NCBI GenBank assembly: GCA_051362555.1
Contig: CM120642.1
Span: 17,360,001 to 17,424,000 of the forward strand
Source of the DNA: Lingula anatina
Taxonomy: Eukaryota; Animalia; Brachiopoda
Length of the DNA stretch: 64,000 nucleotides
Direction of reading: 5' to 3'
Shown here: positions 1 through 14,257 of the stretch, piece by piece
How the letters are laid out: every line of letters begins with the position of its first letter
Position numbering within the stretch: position 1 is the stretch's first letter
The notes under the pieces: model-generated
Told to the model about the DNA's origin: nothing
The model's database searches: none
The model's input: the letters and a program-made list of their open reading frames with translations, nothing else
Program-made: the position numbers and the translations under genes

Positions 1-2084
1 GTTATTTTGGCAGACCGTTAAAATTTCAGGAAAAATATTTTTCCTTTTGCTAAATATAAGTGTTTATACGTTAAATGCATGTATCTAGTGTAAATGTGGG
101 AATAAGTTAGACAGTGTCAATGTTTTGATAAAAACGATGGAAAACTACTGTCACAATCCATATGTATGATGTCGATTGGGGCCGTTTACCAAGCCTGAAG
201 GAGTTGCGACACAAAAGAATACTTTTATAATGTGCATATTTTGGCGTTCAAAATGTTTCATATAAATATTTGATAGTTCTTGCAAATAGTTATATCAAAA
301 AAGTGGTAAACTGCAGTACAATGCACAATACCTAATGAATGTTCTGATCATCTAATATTCATCATGTTTTTGTTGTTATAAAAATTCTAGATAGATGTTC
401 TTTTTTATTTGTGACAAAAAGAGTGAAAAAAATCATTGAAGCAAAACAGTATGGCCAGCATTACGTTAACACAGATCTGCGTCAGAGGCACATGATATTT
501 TCCCAAGAGCAAGCGACACCTGCTTATAAAGCAAACGACAACTATATGCATATAGTTCAAATCTATATAGGCAATTCGCTGAAGTGCAAAAATAAATGCT
601 TTGCCAGAATTTCATAAACCTTGAAATTTAATTACATGTCGCTATCTACTCTTTTGCATGGTAAATTGACTTGGTTAGGTAAATTTACTTGGATTTGCCA
701 AGACCGTAATTCTAACAGATGGCTCTCTTACCTCCATTGGAGCAATTTACAGAATCATATTCTGCGATGGGACAGCTTATGTTTGATGCCAAAACAACTG
801 CAATGATAAAGATTTATATCGACAGATAGTATCAATTTTTATTATACCGTCACTGGCCAATCCAGGAGGGGGGCACATTAATAGAAAATGACCAGCAAAG
901 AGAGACATTATGCGAAATAGTTATGGGGGACAAATTTACTGTGAAATGTAGGGGCCAAGGATGGGATTTTTTTTTCTTGGGGGGGGGGGGGGAGGGGGGG
1001 AGCAGTAGGAAAGAGGAGTATGGAGTAACACCCATTCGAAAGGGGTGGTCTGGGTCCATTATGCCTCCTTAATCCGCCATATTGTATCATATTTACAAAA
1101 AGAAAGTTAACAAACATAAATTCAGTGAAGTCAGGTACCTTCTTCAGATATAGAAAGATAATACATGTAAAACAAAAATTGAATATTTTTAAAATAAATG
1201 CATTGAAATTTCACAAGTAAAATAAGTAAATAAAAAGATCAACTTATTGATGACCTAAATTTAAAAATAAAATAAATGCTGTATTTATCTGGTTATTCGT
1301 TTATTTATTTATTTATTTTTTTTTCATATTTAAAGATTTAACATCCGGGGAAAATGATATAGAAATCGCGTTTGGTGCATATAAGTACGGGTTTACCATA
1401 TGTTAAAATTGTGAAAAATTGTGGTCTTTCTGTTCCTTATAACCTGTTATCACTTTTCCAATTCGCCTTCCATCCTTTTAAATCATAAATACCATTACAA
1501 AAACAGTGAGTGCAATTGGAAGTAGAATTGTACGAACAATAGATAATAGGAAATCCATTAGACTGAACTTTATAAACACAAATTGTCGATAACACGAGGA
1601 CATATAGTTAAGGTTATATTTATTTTTTAAATGATAACAAATATTTGAAGTGATGCCTATAGTGAAAGGAGGACAGTGTCAAAAGACCTCAAAGAAACGG
1701 TTATCAATATTTAGAAAACAATAAATATTGACTATAGGAAACCCTACAGATTAATGTTAACGTTCGATATACGGCATATATACATTGAAAAACTATCATA
1801 AATACAATTCTTCCTTATTGACTCTCTTTTAGTGTACTTGAAATGAATTCGAAAAACGAGGAAAAACTATAAGCAGGGAGTTTACAATATTTATTATAAA
1901 ATACTGAAAAAGATATTTTGATAAAACGCCTACAGTTCACTCTGAAGAACGCCGTAAAGTCAATGGAGGAAAAGAAAATGAAAATTTTAAAAACATATGT
2001 TGGACTCTTTTTTTTTTTGCAAGTAAGAGAAGAAAAAACAACTTTTATTCATAACAAAAAGCTTGAGGAATTGTAAAGCCTTAC

Positions 2085-2275
2085 CTTTACACCAATCATT
2101 GATTTCCTGAAAAACGAAATAATACAGTAAACAATTCTGGAGGCATTGGCCTGTTTTCTTTATTTGTGGTTAATTAAGAAGAATATACATGTACATCGAT
2201 GGTGTAATAGATGGATAAGAAAATGAATGAACAAATTCATAGACAGATTAATAAACAGGTGAATCAGCGAGCAGA

Positions 2276-2322
<47 letters not shown>

Positions 2323-2824
2323 GTAAATAAATAAATAAATAAATACATCGCACGACAGTCACTAACGTTTTTTGAAAATGAAATGGTTATCTTATCTGTT
2401 TTACATGTACTATCTTAAGCAATCTTTTAATTTTAACGGTCTTTCCTGATATACAAGTCCTACTTACTTTCTTCAAAAACGATTTTGTCCCTTCGATGCT
2501 CTCTGTCCCGAGGCATTTTCCAATGGTCTCGTTGTCCTTCCGGACCCCAACAAGAACACATGTCTTATTCGTGTAATGGCCTCCACCGCAATTTACAGTA
2601 TCTAGACAACTGACAAGGCAGCCAAGAAAATTCCGTCTCTGTGAAGTAGATAATTCTTCATATAGAGGAGCCCTATGATCAGTTTCAATCTGCCACAGAA
2701 AGTCCTTGTAGACGTGAAAGTAGGAGGTGACTGTTTCTGTGGTGTTAACTACGTCCACGTTAACATTGAAAACTGACAGCAGTAAAAAGCTGGAGAGTAT
2801 CGCGCGGTGGATGCCTCTCATCAT
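2085..2824 (-). CDS. Secreted PAN/apple-like domain protein, 5' portion (exons 2824-2468 and microexon 2106-2085; remaining exons not identified)
   Basis: Signal peptide MMRGIHRAILSSFLLLSVFNV, then PAN-like Cys pattern CxxxC..CGG...C. Donor AAA|gtaagt after 2468 (phase 0). 22-nt exon EINDWCK+G bounded by tttttcag and gtaagg. 5'UTR acceptor at ~2885. Confidence 0.7.
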
Positions 2825-5800
2825 CGCAGTTAAACACTTGTCACTTTCCGGGTTTTGGACAGGTTAAGCCTTTTGTGTCTTACACTGAAAAAAAAAGGAC
2901 TAAAAAGAATTATTCCCTAGATTATTTTCCACAACTTAAAAATCTCTTAAGGCTCTATATTTACGTCCGTAGTTGAACTAATTGTTATACCCACACTCTC
3001 TACTGTATCTGTGCGTTTCCCAAGACCCTAGACAATATCTATTGCCAGATATACTACTAGTGTTTAAATGCTTGAATTAGTCTCTGAACATGAGCATCTG
3101 ACGTTTACAAAACGCTCTAGGTGTGTTTAGTGTACGACATTTGTTCTCCAGTGAGATGCATTGATTGAGACATACTGGCACAATATACAAAGATGTTAGA
3201 TAATGACATCTGTGAGAATTATTGGCATCTTCAATAAAGAAGAACGCGTGTGCATGTGCCTCTGATCGAATAAAACATCACTTCTTCGTGTTTATTTAAT
3301 TCCATTTATTTCTCCATTAGTTCTTTTTGTGCTTGTTGTCATCTTTTTTTTCTTACTATACCGGACCGTTCAATAAAAAAGACAAGCTTTTTGTGTGGAA
3401 TTAGAATGCCCAAAATGTAAAACCAAGCTGGACATTTATCGGATTTTATTTTCTGACAAAAGGAGGGAAAGGAAGAAAATAGAAAAAAAATGATATTTTT
3501 ACAACTTGTTTCTATAAGTCTACGAATAGATATTTATTTTGTCACCACACATCGAAAGAGGTAATTTTTACCCTTGTACTGGTTGCGATTTCATTGATGT
3601 GCTCTTCTTCTCTAACACATTTCACATCTGCATTTTATCTCTTCTGGAACAACGCCTTTCATTAGTTCAGCAAATTTTGTTACTGATATGTTAGATTGTC
3701 ACTTATTTCCTTAATTCGTATTTTGCCACGGTCATTTCTCATTTGGGTTCATCACCTTTATTTCGCGTCCTTTAGAAATCCTTCAACATCTGTAATAAAA
3801 TCTGGCCAGTAAAGTGCATATTCGTTTATTCTACTTTATCAATATTGATACTTCAATCCACTTCTTGTTTTCCCTTCTACCATCACTGTTGAATCGGATT
3901 CAGAAGATAAGACATGGGTCTGTGTGTGTGTTGGGCGCGGGGGGGGGGGGGACAACCAGCTCCCCACATAAATGCCCTTTCAGACATTGGGCCCTTCGTG
4001 TGAAGCGAAATAGTTTCGAGTAAACTGATCGACTCAGGGTGCGCACAATGTAATCATATTAACGTTAAGTAAAACAGCTGGAACCGCCGAGCCCACAATA
4101 ATAAGTCCTGAATACAGGGACAGTTTAATTAACCCACCCCGCTACGCGTTTTCAATATAGCGCATTGTACAAAATTGTGGCATAGTACAAACCTAATAAT
4201 ACGTGCGCGTATCTAGCATACCAGACACCTGCAGACGGCCTGGTTCATTCTATTTATTAGCTGCAAATATAATACAGATGTGTTCACACTTGTCAAAATT
4301 CCAAATCTGTCCATATATTTTATCACAAATATGTTTTTTTTCGGTACAATTTCACAATGACAACATGGCAACCCATTCTATGTCCCATTCCAAGACAACT
4401 ACAATTACAATAATTTTTTTTCAAAGACTGATATTACTTGTATACACTTGAATCGACACTTTGACGTAGCACATTCCTCGGGAGCTAAGAAACGTGACAA
4501 TATGGAGAAAAATCGATACATTTTTTATTTATCTCATAAGCAGTAAATTTAAGTTATCTTAAGCATTTACCGGGTAAAAGCTTACTGGGGAATCCGACGC
4601 GGGAATGGGCTCTCGATATTATACCGTGTAAACGTGGTGCATATATAACAATATACGTCATAGCACGCAGTCTTAGCACGGTTCATGCAGGAAGGTGGAA
4701 ATTCAGGGTGCACCTGTTCTGGTCATGGCACCACGTACCCTCCTCAACGGCGAGGCGACATACCTATATATACACCTGTGCCCTCTGTATAGCTGGCGTA
4801 TGTACATGTGTACATGTATTTCTGCACCACAACCTCCTCCACAACCTCCCTAAACAGTTAATATATATGCGTGGCTTTTCTTATTCATGCTAAAATGGCC
4901 ACCAGTTATGTATGAAGGTATGGGATTTTTCCGAATATCGGCGGATTTCCGACTTTTGGGGAGCCAAGAATATCATTGGCCTAGACGACCCCCTGGACCC
5001 CACTCTATATTTTTAATATTTTCACTAAATATATAGTCTCATCCCTGTGTATGTACAGTGGTAAGTGGTAACTTTGTGAAACATGTTACTATCCTTGATA
5101 AATATGCTGGTTCAGGCACTGTCAACAGTGATGGCATTTCTGCTTCTCCTAAACATCTGTTTTGCGTCGTTTTTGCTGACGGCAAAACAGTAGCTTGTAA
5201 CACCCAACAAACTTCTTTGCTAGAAATTGGAAAATTATATAGCAAAATTACATCGTGGATTTTTAAACCATGATAAGGATAATGGTCTCGCATAGTTTCG
5301 GTTTCATTTTTTAATATGATCTCTAAGGCTAATACAACGTTTTAATGTCCAGGTTTTACACGTTCAATAGAAGACCAAGAAGGACAATCCACATATATTG
5401 CAGGCTTAAGTTTAAAAAAAGATGACAATTGAGCAAAATGAAGTAAAGAGTAATGACAATAACTTATTGACAAAAAAAATAAAGGGAGGATGAGATGGAA
5501 TTGCGATAATTTCTAAGTTCTGATTCCCACAGTACCGATGTATCTTTAATGTCAGTCGGTTATTTTCAGACCTCTCTATCTCCCATTTGTTTTTCCAATT
5601 ATCTACACAAATATCCGACATGCAAAGAAAACCTTTCAGTTTATTACTGGGGTCTCCCTCGTGGAATAATCATCGACACTCAGCTAAAAGTTCTTAGTTT
5701 GTTTCCTTTTTTAAATCTTCTTTTTTTGTAGTTAAGTTAAATTATAGCGCACATGCATAAAAAATGAATTATTGTTGTTAATGCATAGGCCTACAAGGTA

Positions 5801-6285
5801 ATTTCAAATTAAAGCCCATGTGCGCCGAATACAAAATACCCGGTAAAGGCATGTAGTGATCGAGTAAATAACTTCACTGTGCTCGTCAGCAGATTTCGAA
5901 CAGAAACTTTGATTATTTTCAATATGGGAAGAAATTCATAAAAATAAGGTAATGGAAAAAATATGGGAATGACATAAACAGTGCGTGGTATCTTCAGGCT
6001 ATGGAAGCATCATCTCTGCTCTTGAAACAAATTTCAACGCATTTAAAATGTTTTAAGACAGGTATATGAAAAAAAAAAACAGATCTAAAAGTGCACTCGG
6101 TGACATTGCGACCCGCATAGCGTCTAACTTAAGTCAGCTTTAGGAATACGTTAAAACCTGTAGAAGTAACATTATACGTTAACAGGTTAAGTATGCAGAG
6201 CAGTTCAGGAGAGAAACATGTGAATGAAGCCACTCGACTCTAAACAGGTCTAAACTACATCAAACTTGTGTCAGGTGTGAATCCG

Positions 6286-6300
6286 CCCTTTATATAATCA
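6286..6300 (+). promoter_or_regulatory. Candidate TATA box, with adjacent GC box, for the small secreted-protein gene
   Basis: ccgccc-tttatataa about 570 bp upstream of ATG 6861; motif match only. Confidence 0.3.
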
Positions 6301-6860
6301 GTGTGGTAATTTCCCTCCCCGATAATGCCTATTTCAATCTCCTGTTCTCCAACTCCATTCATGTGACCTTTTCGACGAGTTGTGAAAACATCACTTTACG
6401 ACCCACAGGTTAACGTAGTAAAGGTCCCGAGTAGCGCGTCTGCGAACAGTCTGTCTCTCCACGCCAACTGCGGTCGGTCTTTACGGCCTGCTCAATATGT
6501 TTACTACGAACAAAATGGACCTTTCACGCTAGCTGCGTCTCACTTCAGCTTCGTCCGTTGTTTTCAGCGCCTGATGTTATTCTAAAAAGTATAATCGGCA
6601 TTTGATGCGGGCCGGTAACCCCTAGTCTAGCCCTTCACGAGCCTCGGTTAAGACCGGGTACTTCCTTTATGTTTGCGGTTTAGGTTAAAGTTAAAGCTTT
6701 GCAGCAGCAGCAAGGTGAACGCATTTATTCCGAGCTGGTCTGGGAATGTTAACGGCGTTATTTATCAGAGTAGTATGTAACCGTCTTCTTATTTAACGGA
6801 AGAGGGAATACACGTACAGCTGGGAGGATTACGTGAGGATAGTGAGGATACTTTTAAAAG

Positions 6861-6987
6861 ATGACGGAAAAGACTGCAAAGCGTTTCGTGTTAATGGTTA
6901 TGACGGGTCTCGTAGCGATCAGCTGTTTCTGCCCCAGAACACAGGCGACTCTGAGCTCTAGTAATGGCCCCCTAAAAGGTACGTACG

Positions 6988-7030
<43 letters not shown>

Positions 7031-7775
7031 AACCTGAACAGCTATTCTTGTTTTCAGCCACCCAATACTCGTATAATACACATCCAAACTAGCACTGAAA
7101 CTGATGCTTGTTTCACCATATCAAGGTGTTTAGGGTGTATTTCATTACAAAAGTCAACAAATAATAAAGGGTGATGATGGAATAGCCAAGCTTGTCGAAC
7201 TTTCTTGATATCCTATATAGCCACCTCTTGAAATGTAGCTTGAAAGTTTCTGTCCGTGTTTGTGTAACCTAGATTTTTATAGTTTCAACTGGCATTTCTT
7301 CACACCACTCTGCTACAACCCCAGCAATTTAGATATATTCAGGCACGTATGTCAATTTATGGATCAGTATTTATTTAGTTATGTATATATACACCGTTTT
7401 CGTCTTACTAGCTTTTGCAGTACTGTACAGTCATAAGGCTATGGAGAGACACATAAATCATATAACCCAACTAAATTAGCTCTCGTGTAGGAGATGTTTA
7501 TTATCCCACATCAACGGTGTTGTCGACGCTAAGCAGAGCCGTTTTTGTTTACTACAAGACAGACCCGAACGCCAACTAACAGTATTATACGGCACGTGTT
7601 TCTTTCTGTTACACATGTCTGTATAAAAGATGAATGAGTGCACGCATTAACGTTGTAATATTTGGTAAGAGATAGTGGAAGGTCAGACTCATATGTCTAT
7701 GTTTAGTACTTTACATTTCAAAGAGCTTTAAATTTATACGAGACCGCAATCTAATTTGTTTGTCTCTCAACGCTC

Positions 7776-7808
<33 letters not shown>

Positions 7809-8770
7809 CTGGGGAGAATAGATAGTGTGTGTGTATGTGTGCCAGAGTGTGTGTGTGTGTGTATGTGCTTACTTATGAGAGGTAGAGAGCGAGTGAATTG
7901 GAGAGAGGTGGAGAGAAAGATAGAGGAAGAGAGAGAAAGAGAAGAGAGGGGATGTCCTCTTTAACCGGTTCATCCATGATCTCTTCGACCCATTGTTTTT
8001 ACGCCTGTTAATCCCCTCCTAAATTTACCGCAAAACCTCGTTTTCAGAGTTCTGAAGACGGTCTATGTCCCTCCTGCAACTGCCCTGTGTGCAAACTATT
8101 CACCCATTCCTAAAGATGTCTACAACATACCCCTGATTACAAAATTACTTCATAGAGGTTAGGAATAAGGCTTTGGACAATACGGCCGGGCGCGTCTCAA
8201 AACGTCCCAAAACTGAACGAAAGGAAAAAAGACAGAAACAAACATTCACACGCGGAAACTTCACTTTGTCTTTGATAGAAGCCTGTCTTGTCGCACAACG
8301 AAAAAAAAATCGGTTATTTATAGGAATGTCAAGCAGCACGCAGAACAAGTGTACGTATGGAAAACTGATACGAATTGTCAGTCAAGTAAGAAGTGCTTAG
8401 ATGAATGGCAGGTCTCTGAATCGTATTCAAAGAATGGCAAGATCTGCATTGACATTTGACCTCTATAAAAGATATTTTAGCCTTACTTAAAAATGACAGC
8501 AGTTCTCTCAATATTATCAAAGTGGGCCAGGGAAAATTCGGAAACTTGAACAAGGACAGACCCCCCCCCCCAACAACTCGTGTCTAATCGCCCCCCCCCC
8601 CCCCCCCTTTGCGCCACTGGGGTCGTTAACCTCCGCTAAAAGGTCATGTTTTCATTTGACATTTTTGTTCATCAGGTGGTCCTTATGCCTTCGATTATAG
8701 ACTTGAAAGACGACAGGACTATCAAAGACTTCTTAGGCGTCTCCGACGCAACATCCCCGGCTTTGACTGA
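6861..8770 (+). CDS. Candidate small secreted peptide precursor (exon 6861-6978; possible 33-nt exon 7559-7591; last exon 8676-8770)
   Basis: Exon 1 MTEKTAKRFVLMVMTGLVAISCFCPRTQA-TLSSSNGPLK is a signal peptide ending at phase-1 donor G|gtacgt. Acceptor ttgttcatcag|8676 continues in frame: GGPYAFDYRLERRQDYQRLLRRLRRNIPGFD*. Confidence 0.5.
6990..7027. repeat. (TG)n microsatellite
   Basis: Perfect TG run. Confidence 0.95.
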
Positions 8771-9579
8771 CAGATACATTGTCTGTGGCAATGAAATGAT
8801 GACATAAATAAGATACAGGGTGTCTCTGAATTACGGAAACATCACTATTGAGAACTTACTTTTTTTGGTTTCACAGATAAGATACATTAATCAGCTGATT
8901 TATTATCTTATTTAATATGTACATTTTCGATATTTGAATCAGACATTTTGTTCGAAATATTTATCAGTAAAATGTATTTGCCTATGTGTCCAGACTTTAG
9001 ATACACCAAATACTAATTGAAATATACACTCTGTGGCCATGAAGGTCCGTATATTTGTAAACCTATCTCTGCTACATGTATATATATTATCCAGGTTCTT
9101 TTTGGGTTTCCGGTCATTAGACAAACGACGTACATGTATACCTTACGTTGCTGAGTGGCCCAGACCGGTTAAATGAGTTTTGATGATGTTTTTGACCATG
9201 TCTGTTGCAATGCTTTAAACAGGGTACATATCAACTATCCAAGTCACTGACTCCATATTTACTATGTGTAGGAAAGGACTGTGCATGTTTAAGGTCAAAA
9301 GGGACATAAGACCCGTTTCCAGTCTGCCCCACCCACTTGTTAGTCTTCGATATTTAAGTCTAGCCTAATAGAAATTTTATATACTAATAGGCGTATGTTT
9401 TTATTGCGAATAAAAAGTATTTATCCCCATGCCGACATCTTTTCCATCACTTCTTGCCTGGCGTGTGTTTCAGGCAAGTAGTGACGGATGTAGGGGAATG
9501 CTTACTGTCCCTCCCCCCCTTTTCTTCTATTTTCTCTTGATAATCCACGAACCTCATTTGCGTCTCATTTGCGTCTCAG

Positions 9580-9839
9580 TTCACGACAATAAAGCACGTA
9601 ACGGTGACAGTAGCTGCTTTTTGTCCGCTGACTCCAGTTATCACCACCTGATTACAATGGTTGGTGACATTGATTACAACTGTCTTGACGTTGAAGGGGT
9701 GTTTAGATGTATACGCTGTACTAGTGCAAAAGGTCGTCCCGTGTCTGGAGTGCAGTTTACCTCTAGAGCAGCGAGGCAGGCAGACAGTCTCTCTTTCTCG
9801 GTACACACAATGGGCCTGTGCTATGCTGTTGATAAATAA
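9580..9839 (+). CDS. Possible alternative terminal exon encoding a small Cys-containing domain
   Basis: Acceptor gcgtctcag|, phase 1, compatible with donor 6978. 86 open codons (VHDNK...CIRC...CYAVDK*) followed immediately by AATAAA. Confidence 0.3.
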
Positions 9840-11750
9840 ATAAATAATATAATTAATTATTTAATAATAATAATTATAATAATAATAATAATCATAATCA
9901 TAATCATAATAGAAAATAATAGCAGAAGAAGTCATGTTTTCCCTTTTTGCTTTGTACCAAGTCTGTGTCTAGCGACAGACTAGTTGCATTAAAAGTTTTG
10001 GGATATTCTTACAAAAACAAATCCATTCTTTGTCGACGAATAACCATATGCCTTGGATGGCGCCTTCAAGTCCCTTAAAAACCGTGATAATTTTTACACG
10101 TATATCCCGAGCGCGCTCATAGTTAGGTGACCGTGACTCTCTAAGCATTGTGCTCAGAGAATTGAAGAGAGCAACGCAATGTAAAAAGAACATGAGCGTC
10201 ACTTTATTCCTCATTTCCTTTGGTTAGGTAATTGACTTCGTGGGAACCCGATATAAAGTTAGCTCTGGTAAAATAGACGTAAATACCTCAAGCCCCCCCG
10301 GGTAACAAAACTAAAGAGCGATTAGCTTATTTTTCAATGTCGTTGCAAATAGTGAAGTTGAAAAGGACTACACTTAAGCAAGCAAACGTCGAGTAAATAT
10401 TTTGTGGGTTTCGCTCTACGAGCGCTGCAGTTGCAAATCTAACTGCTGATTTTGTTTTGAGACAAATATGTAACAACCCTTTGCGTGAGATTATGTCCAT
10501 TTGAAGACAGGAAAAAGTGTTGTTTCACAAAACTCTCCGGCATGTTTCAGCTTTGTTGTTAGACAAAGGTTGACATATATATTAAAGATACATATATGTC
10601 TGGTATGTTTGTAGAAGTCGAGAGAAGACGATAAAGAAAGCAAACTTTTACGTCACTGTGGGCTACAGTATCACAAGCAACAGCGGATCCCAGTGGAGAG
10701 GAGGGGGGGGGGGGGCACAAAAGGCAAGAGCCCATTCTTTACTCCAGGAATACTCCATTACTGGTTGCGTTATTCCCCTTTTATCTACCCCCCCTCCCCC
10801 GGCCAATAAAAAATGGCGAGCCAAATAAGACAACCCAAGAAATTTTGTACTTTCTTGCGTCCTAAACATTTTACAAATTATCCCGTCTTTTGTTGTGTGA
10901 GACAAAATCCATTTATCCTTGTGCTATTAAGCAAAATTCTGGGTCAGACAATGATGGCTCAATATGATTTAAAAAAAAACATGAAAAATGATCATATAAT
11001 ATGACTTACATATATGTTTTACATTGCATTAATTTGTTTTATTTATCAAAATTAAATTAAGAAGAGAAAATGTGACATAAAAAAAGTAAAATAGAAAGTA
11101 GGCGACTAATCAATGTCAAAATAATTATAGTAACTTGATTGATAAGCATTATAAGTTGAGTAAAAGGGTAACGAGTCTTCATATGAGATTCCACATTAAT
11201 TCCTCAGTAATACATAATTGTAAACAACACATAGAAAAATAGTTAAGTCCATTTTACCACCAAAACGGCGGTTATCGCAATTATTCAGAAATCTGTGCTT
11301 GTTATCAGACTACGTGGACCTTCATAGAAGGCTACCCTCCTATATGATCTCGTAAGAGATTACTGTAAAAAACACACAGAAACAATCGACTCAATTTGAA
11401 TGTCGGAACGGATTCATAAAGCAGTGGAAGTTATATGGGAAAATTGTCACATACCCAAGGAAAACCGATTTATTGCACTCTTCCCGCCAAAATGAAGTTG
11501 TCATCCATTTTACAAGAATTTTGTTAAAAAAGACTGATATTCCCAACAAGCCTGGAAACTTTCGATGACATAGGTGACATAACCAATAAAATTAACCTGG
11601 ACTGAATGTAGATCAGGAATTTTAACTTATTTTGATCTAATTTAAATTAAAATGTATGAAAACGCGTTTGAATATCGTATTATAAATAAATGGAAGAAGG
11701 GGCGTTAAAATTGGGAATCTTATGATAAAAATCGAAGGCGTTCGGTGTAA

Positions 11751-11785
<35 letters not shown>

Positions 11786-13230
11786 TTCAAGAAAGGGGCA
11801 CCTTTAATTATATTCATATGAGTGTATATAAGAACATTTGCTGTGGAGGCGCTGTAAGCTGGTTTTCCATTTTAATTAACACGCTATAAGGATGTAGCCA
11901 GCAATAACGACCATCATATGCAACCGACCAAACAGAAAATGACGACATACAAAAAGTATGTCTATATGTAAGTAGCAAATTTACTTAAGGAGTTTGAAAA
12001 AGAGGAACATGTGCTTTTTCTTCGTCAAAAGAGAAATAAGTCCCCCGCAGTGGACTTTATTCCAATTTAATTTTAGTTCAGCTTTGTTCAGTGAGTCATT
12101 CAGCGTCTGCATCACATTCTAAATGTGTTCTGTCATGTAAAATGGCGTTTTGTTCGGGGCATGAAACACACGCACGCACACACGCACATACGCAAGTACG
12201 CACGCAGACACACAATTATTTTAACACGGTATTTAAAAAGAAGTCATTACAAAACAACGATAGTATTTATATGTATATAATCAATGTTCAGTCATAGAAA
12301 ACCAGGACCAGTGGGTCTTACTATACAGCTTCCATATTTGTTACTAGAAGAAAACTTTGCTTTTGATAGATGTAACCCAACGACCATCCAAACCAGTCTG
12401 TTTACCACACGTGTTTGTTATATAGTTCGTTATAGCAGCTCTCCTTGCCATTTTACCATAATAAACCGAGGAAAATACACCCTGTAACATTTAATCCGAA
12501 AAGAGGCATCTTTTCACGTGCGTTTATACCTCTCTGGCAGACCTTCGTTTTACACATGGTCTTCCGTCTGTGATTTAACCAAACCATACTGTTTCTATAC
12601 TTGTATATTCCTCCCGCCTTGGGCGTTTTGCCGTTTACATCCAAACATATTTCTTCCCCACATTCTGGGCCTAATATATTTTTATGATACATAATTTGAT
12701 GTGTTATAATCTTTGGAGATGAACAACGGGGAACGTCTGGGAATGGAAATAACAACTTCGTATACAGCTGGCAGCATGTTGCCGCGCAAAACTAGTTCAG
12801 ATTACTTAAAGAATGTTAGGGAATATTTATACATCTTTTTTTTTCTAAAATTCTCCCTTGCAATTATCTTTAATGGCAGAGGAGAGCATTTTGTTTTAAT
12901 CTCAAAAACAAGTGCAGTCTTAGGTCTTAGGTTACTCCAAAGAGGAAGGCAATTAGGCCGGGCTGGCATTAAAATTGCGTTGTAGAGGAGGGTGAATGTG
13001 GAACTTGTTTTTTGAATTACACATTTTTCCCAGCTGAGGTAATCCGAGAGGTGATATATTTGCCCGAGTGCTTGCCGATGTGGTGTTTTTACTTGTTGAA
13101 GGTTTAAACAATTTGCTTCGGCTTGGGGAGAAATGAAACATGAGCTAAGGAAAGTTTGCTTAGTGTGCTAAAATTCTGGTAACATGAGAGAGAGAGAGAG
13201 AGAGAGAGATAGAGAGAGAGAGGGAGGGTA

Positions 13231-14257
13231 CCATGGCCCATAGGAGCCTACGCGTGCGTCTTTTAGACGCCCCTTTACATGCGAAAACGACAAGGCCTAT
13301 GCCGAGTTCGTCTTTTACTACAGAGCTTTGAGAGCCGAAAATGGCATGGCTGTGTCTCTTTCGCCACTTACTGAACTCCAGAGATGCGAGATTGACACGA
13401 CCCATGTCGCGTTTGTCTCTCAAAAGACACTGTTATAAAACATGAAATAGGCATTACGTGTGATTTTCGCAGCTGAATAAGTAGACCCTTCTAAACGAAG
13501 TTGACGTGACCTTAGAGTCATGTCGCTTTCAACTTTTACAAACCTCCAACAAAATCTATCTCCACACAGACGCGCGCGACATGTAGGCCTACAATTGGAC
13601 ATGGGTCAGTTGAAAGCGACATTAACCTAAATGGCTCATGTTACTTTCAGCCAATTAATTTGAAACAGAAGGACCGTCTTAAAACCCTTTATATTTGAAT
13701 CCTTGAAAATAAAAATATGAGGCCATATAATTATTACAAGCAATTAGCCACACTGTTATCTAGATAGCACTAAATTATGATGGGATTCAAATGAAAAAAA
13801 ATGTTTTGGGACAGCACAACACTGTTTCAAATTAATTGGATTTGACATATAAGAGATGGCTGAAAGTAACATGAGCCCTTTAGATTAATAGGGTTTCAAC
13901 TGACCCATGTCCAATAGTACATGTCGCGCGCGTCTGTGTGGAGATAGATTTTGTTGGAGGTTTGTGAGAGTTGAAAGCGACATGACTCTCAAGTTACGTC
14001 AACTTCGTTTATAAGGGTCTACTTATTCAGCTGCGAAAATCACACGTTATGCCTATTTCATGTTTTATAACAGTGTCATTTGAGAGACAAACGCGACATG
14101 GGTCGTGTCAATCTCGCATCATGGCGAAAGAGACACAGCCATGTCATTTTCGGCTCTCAAAGCTCTGTAGTAAAAGACGAACTCGGCATAGGCCTTGTCG
14201 TTTTCGCATGTAAAGGGGCGTCTAAAAGACGCACGCGTAGGCTCCTATGGGCCATGG
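13231..14257. mobile_element. Non-autonomous foldback DNA transposon, ~440-bp TIRs, TA target duplication
   Basis: 13231-13668 is the reverse complement of 13822-14257 (termini CCATGGCCCATAGGAGCC...GGCTCCTATGGGCCATGG). TA at 13229-30 and 14258-59. Inserted in a GA-rich tract. Explains the mirrored ORFs 13160- and 14080+. Confidence 0.9.

Noticed and set aside
9395-9473. Alternative first exon with a GC donor for the 9580 exon
   Set aside because: In frame but gives a poor signal peptide; the 6861 exon is a better explanation.
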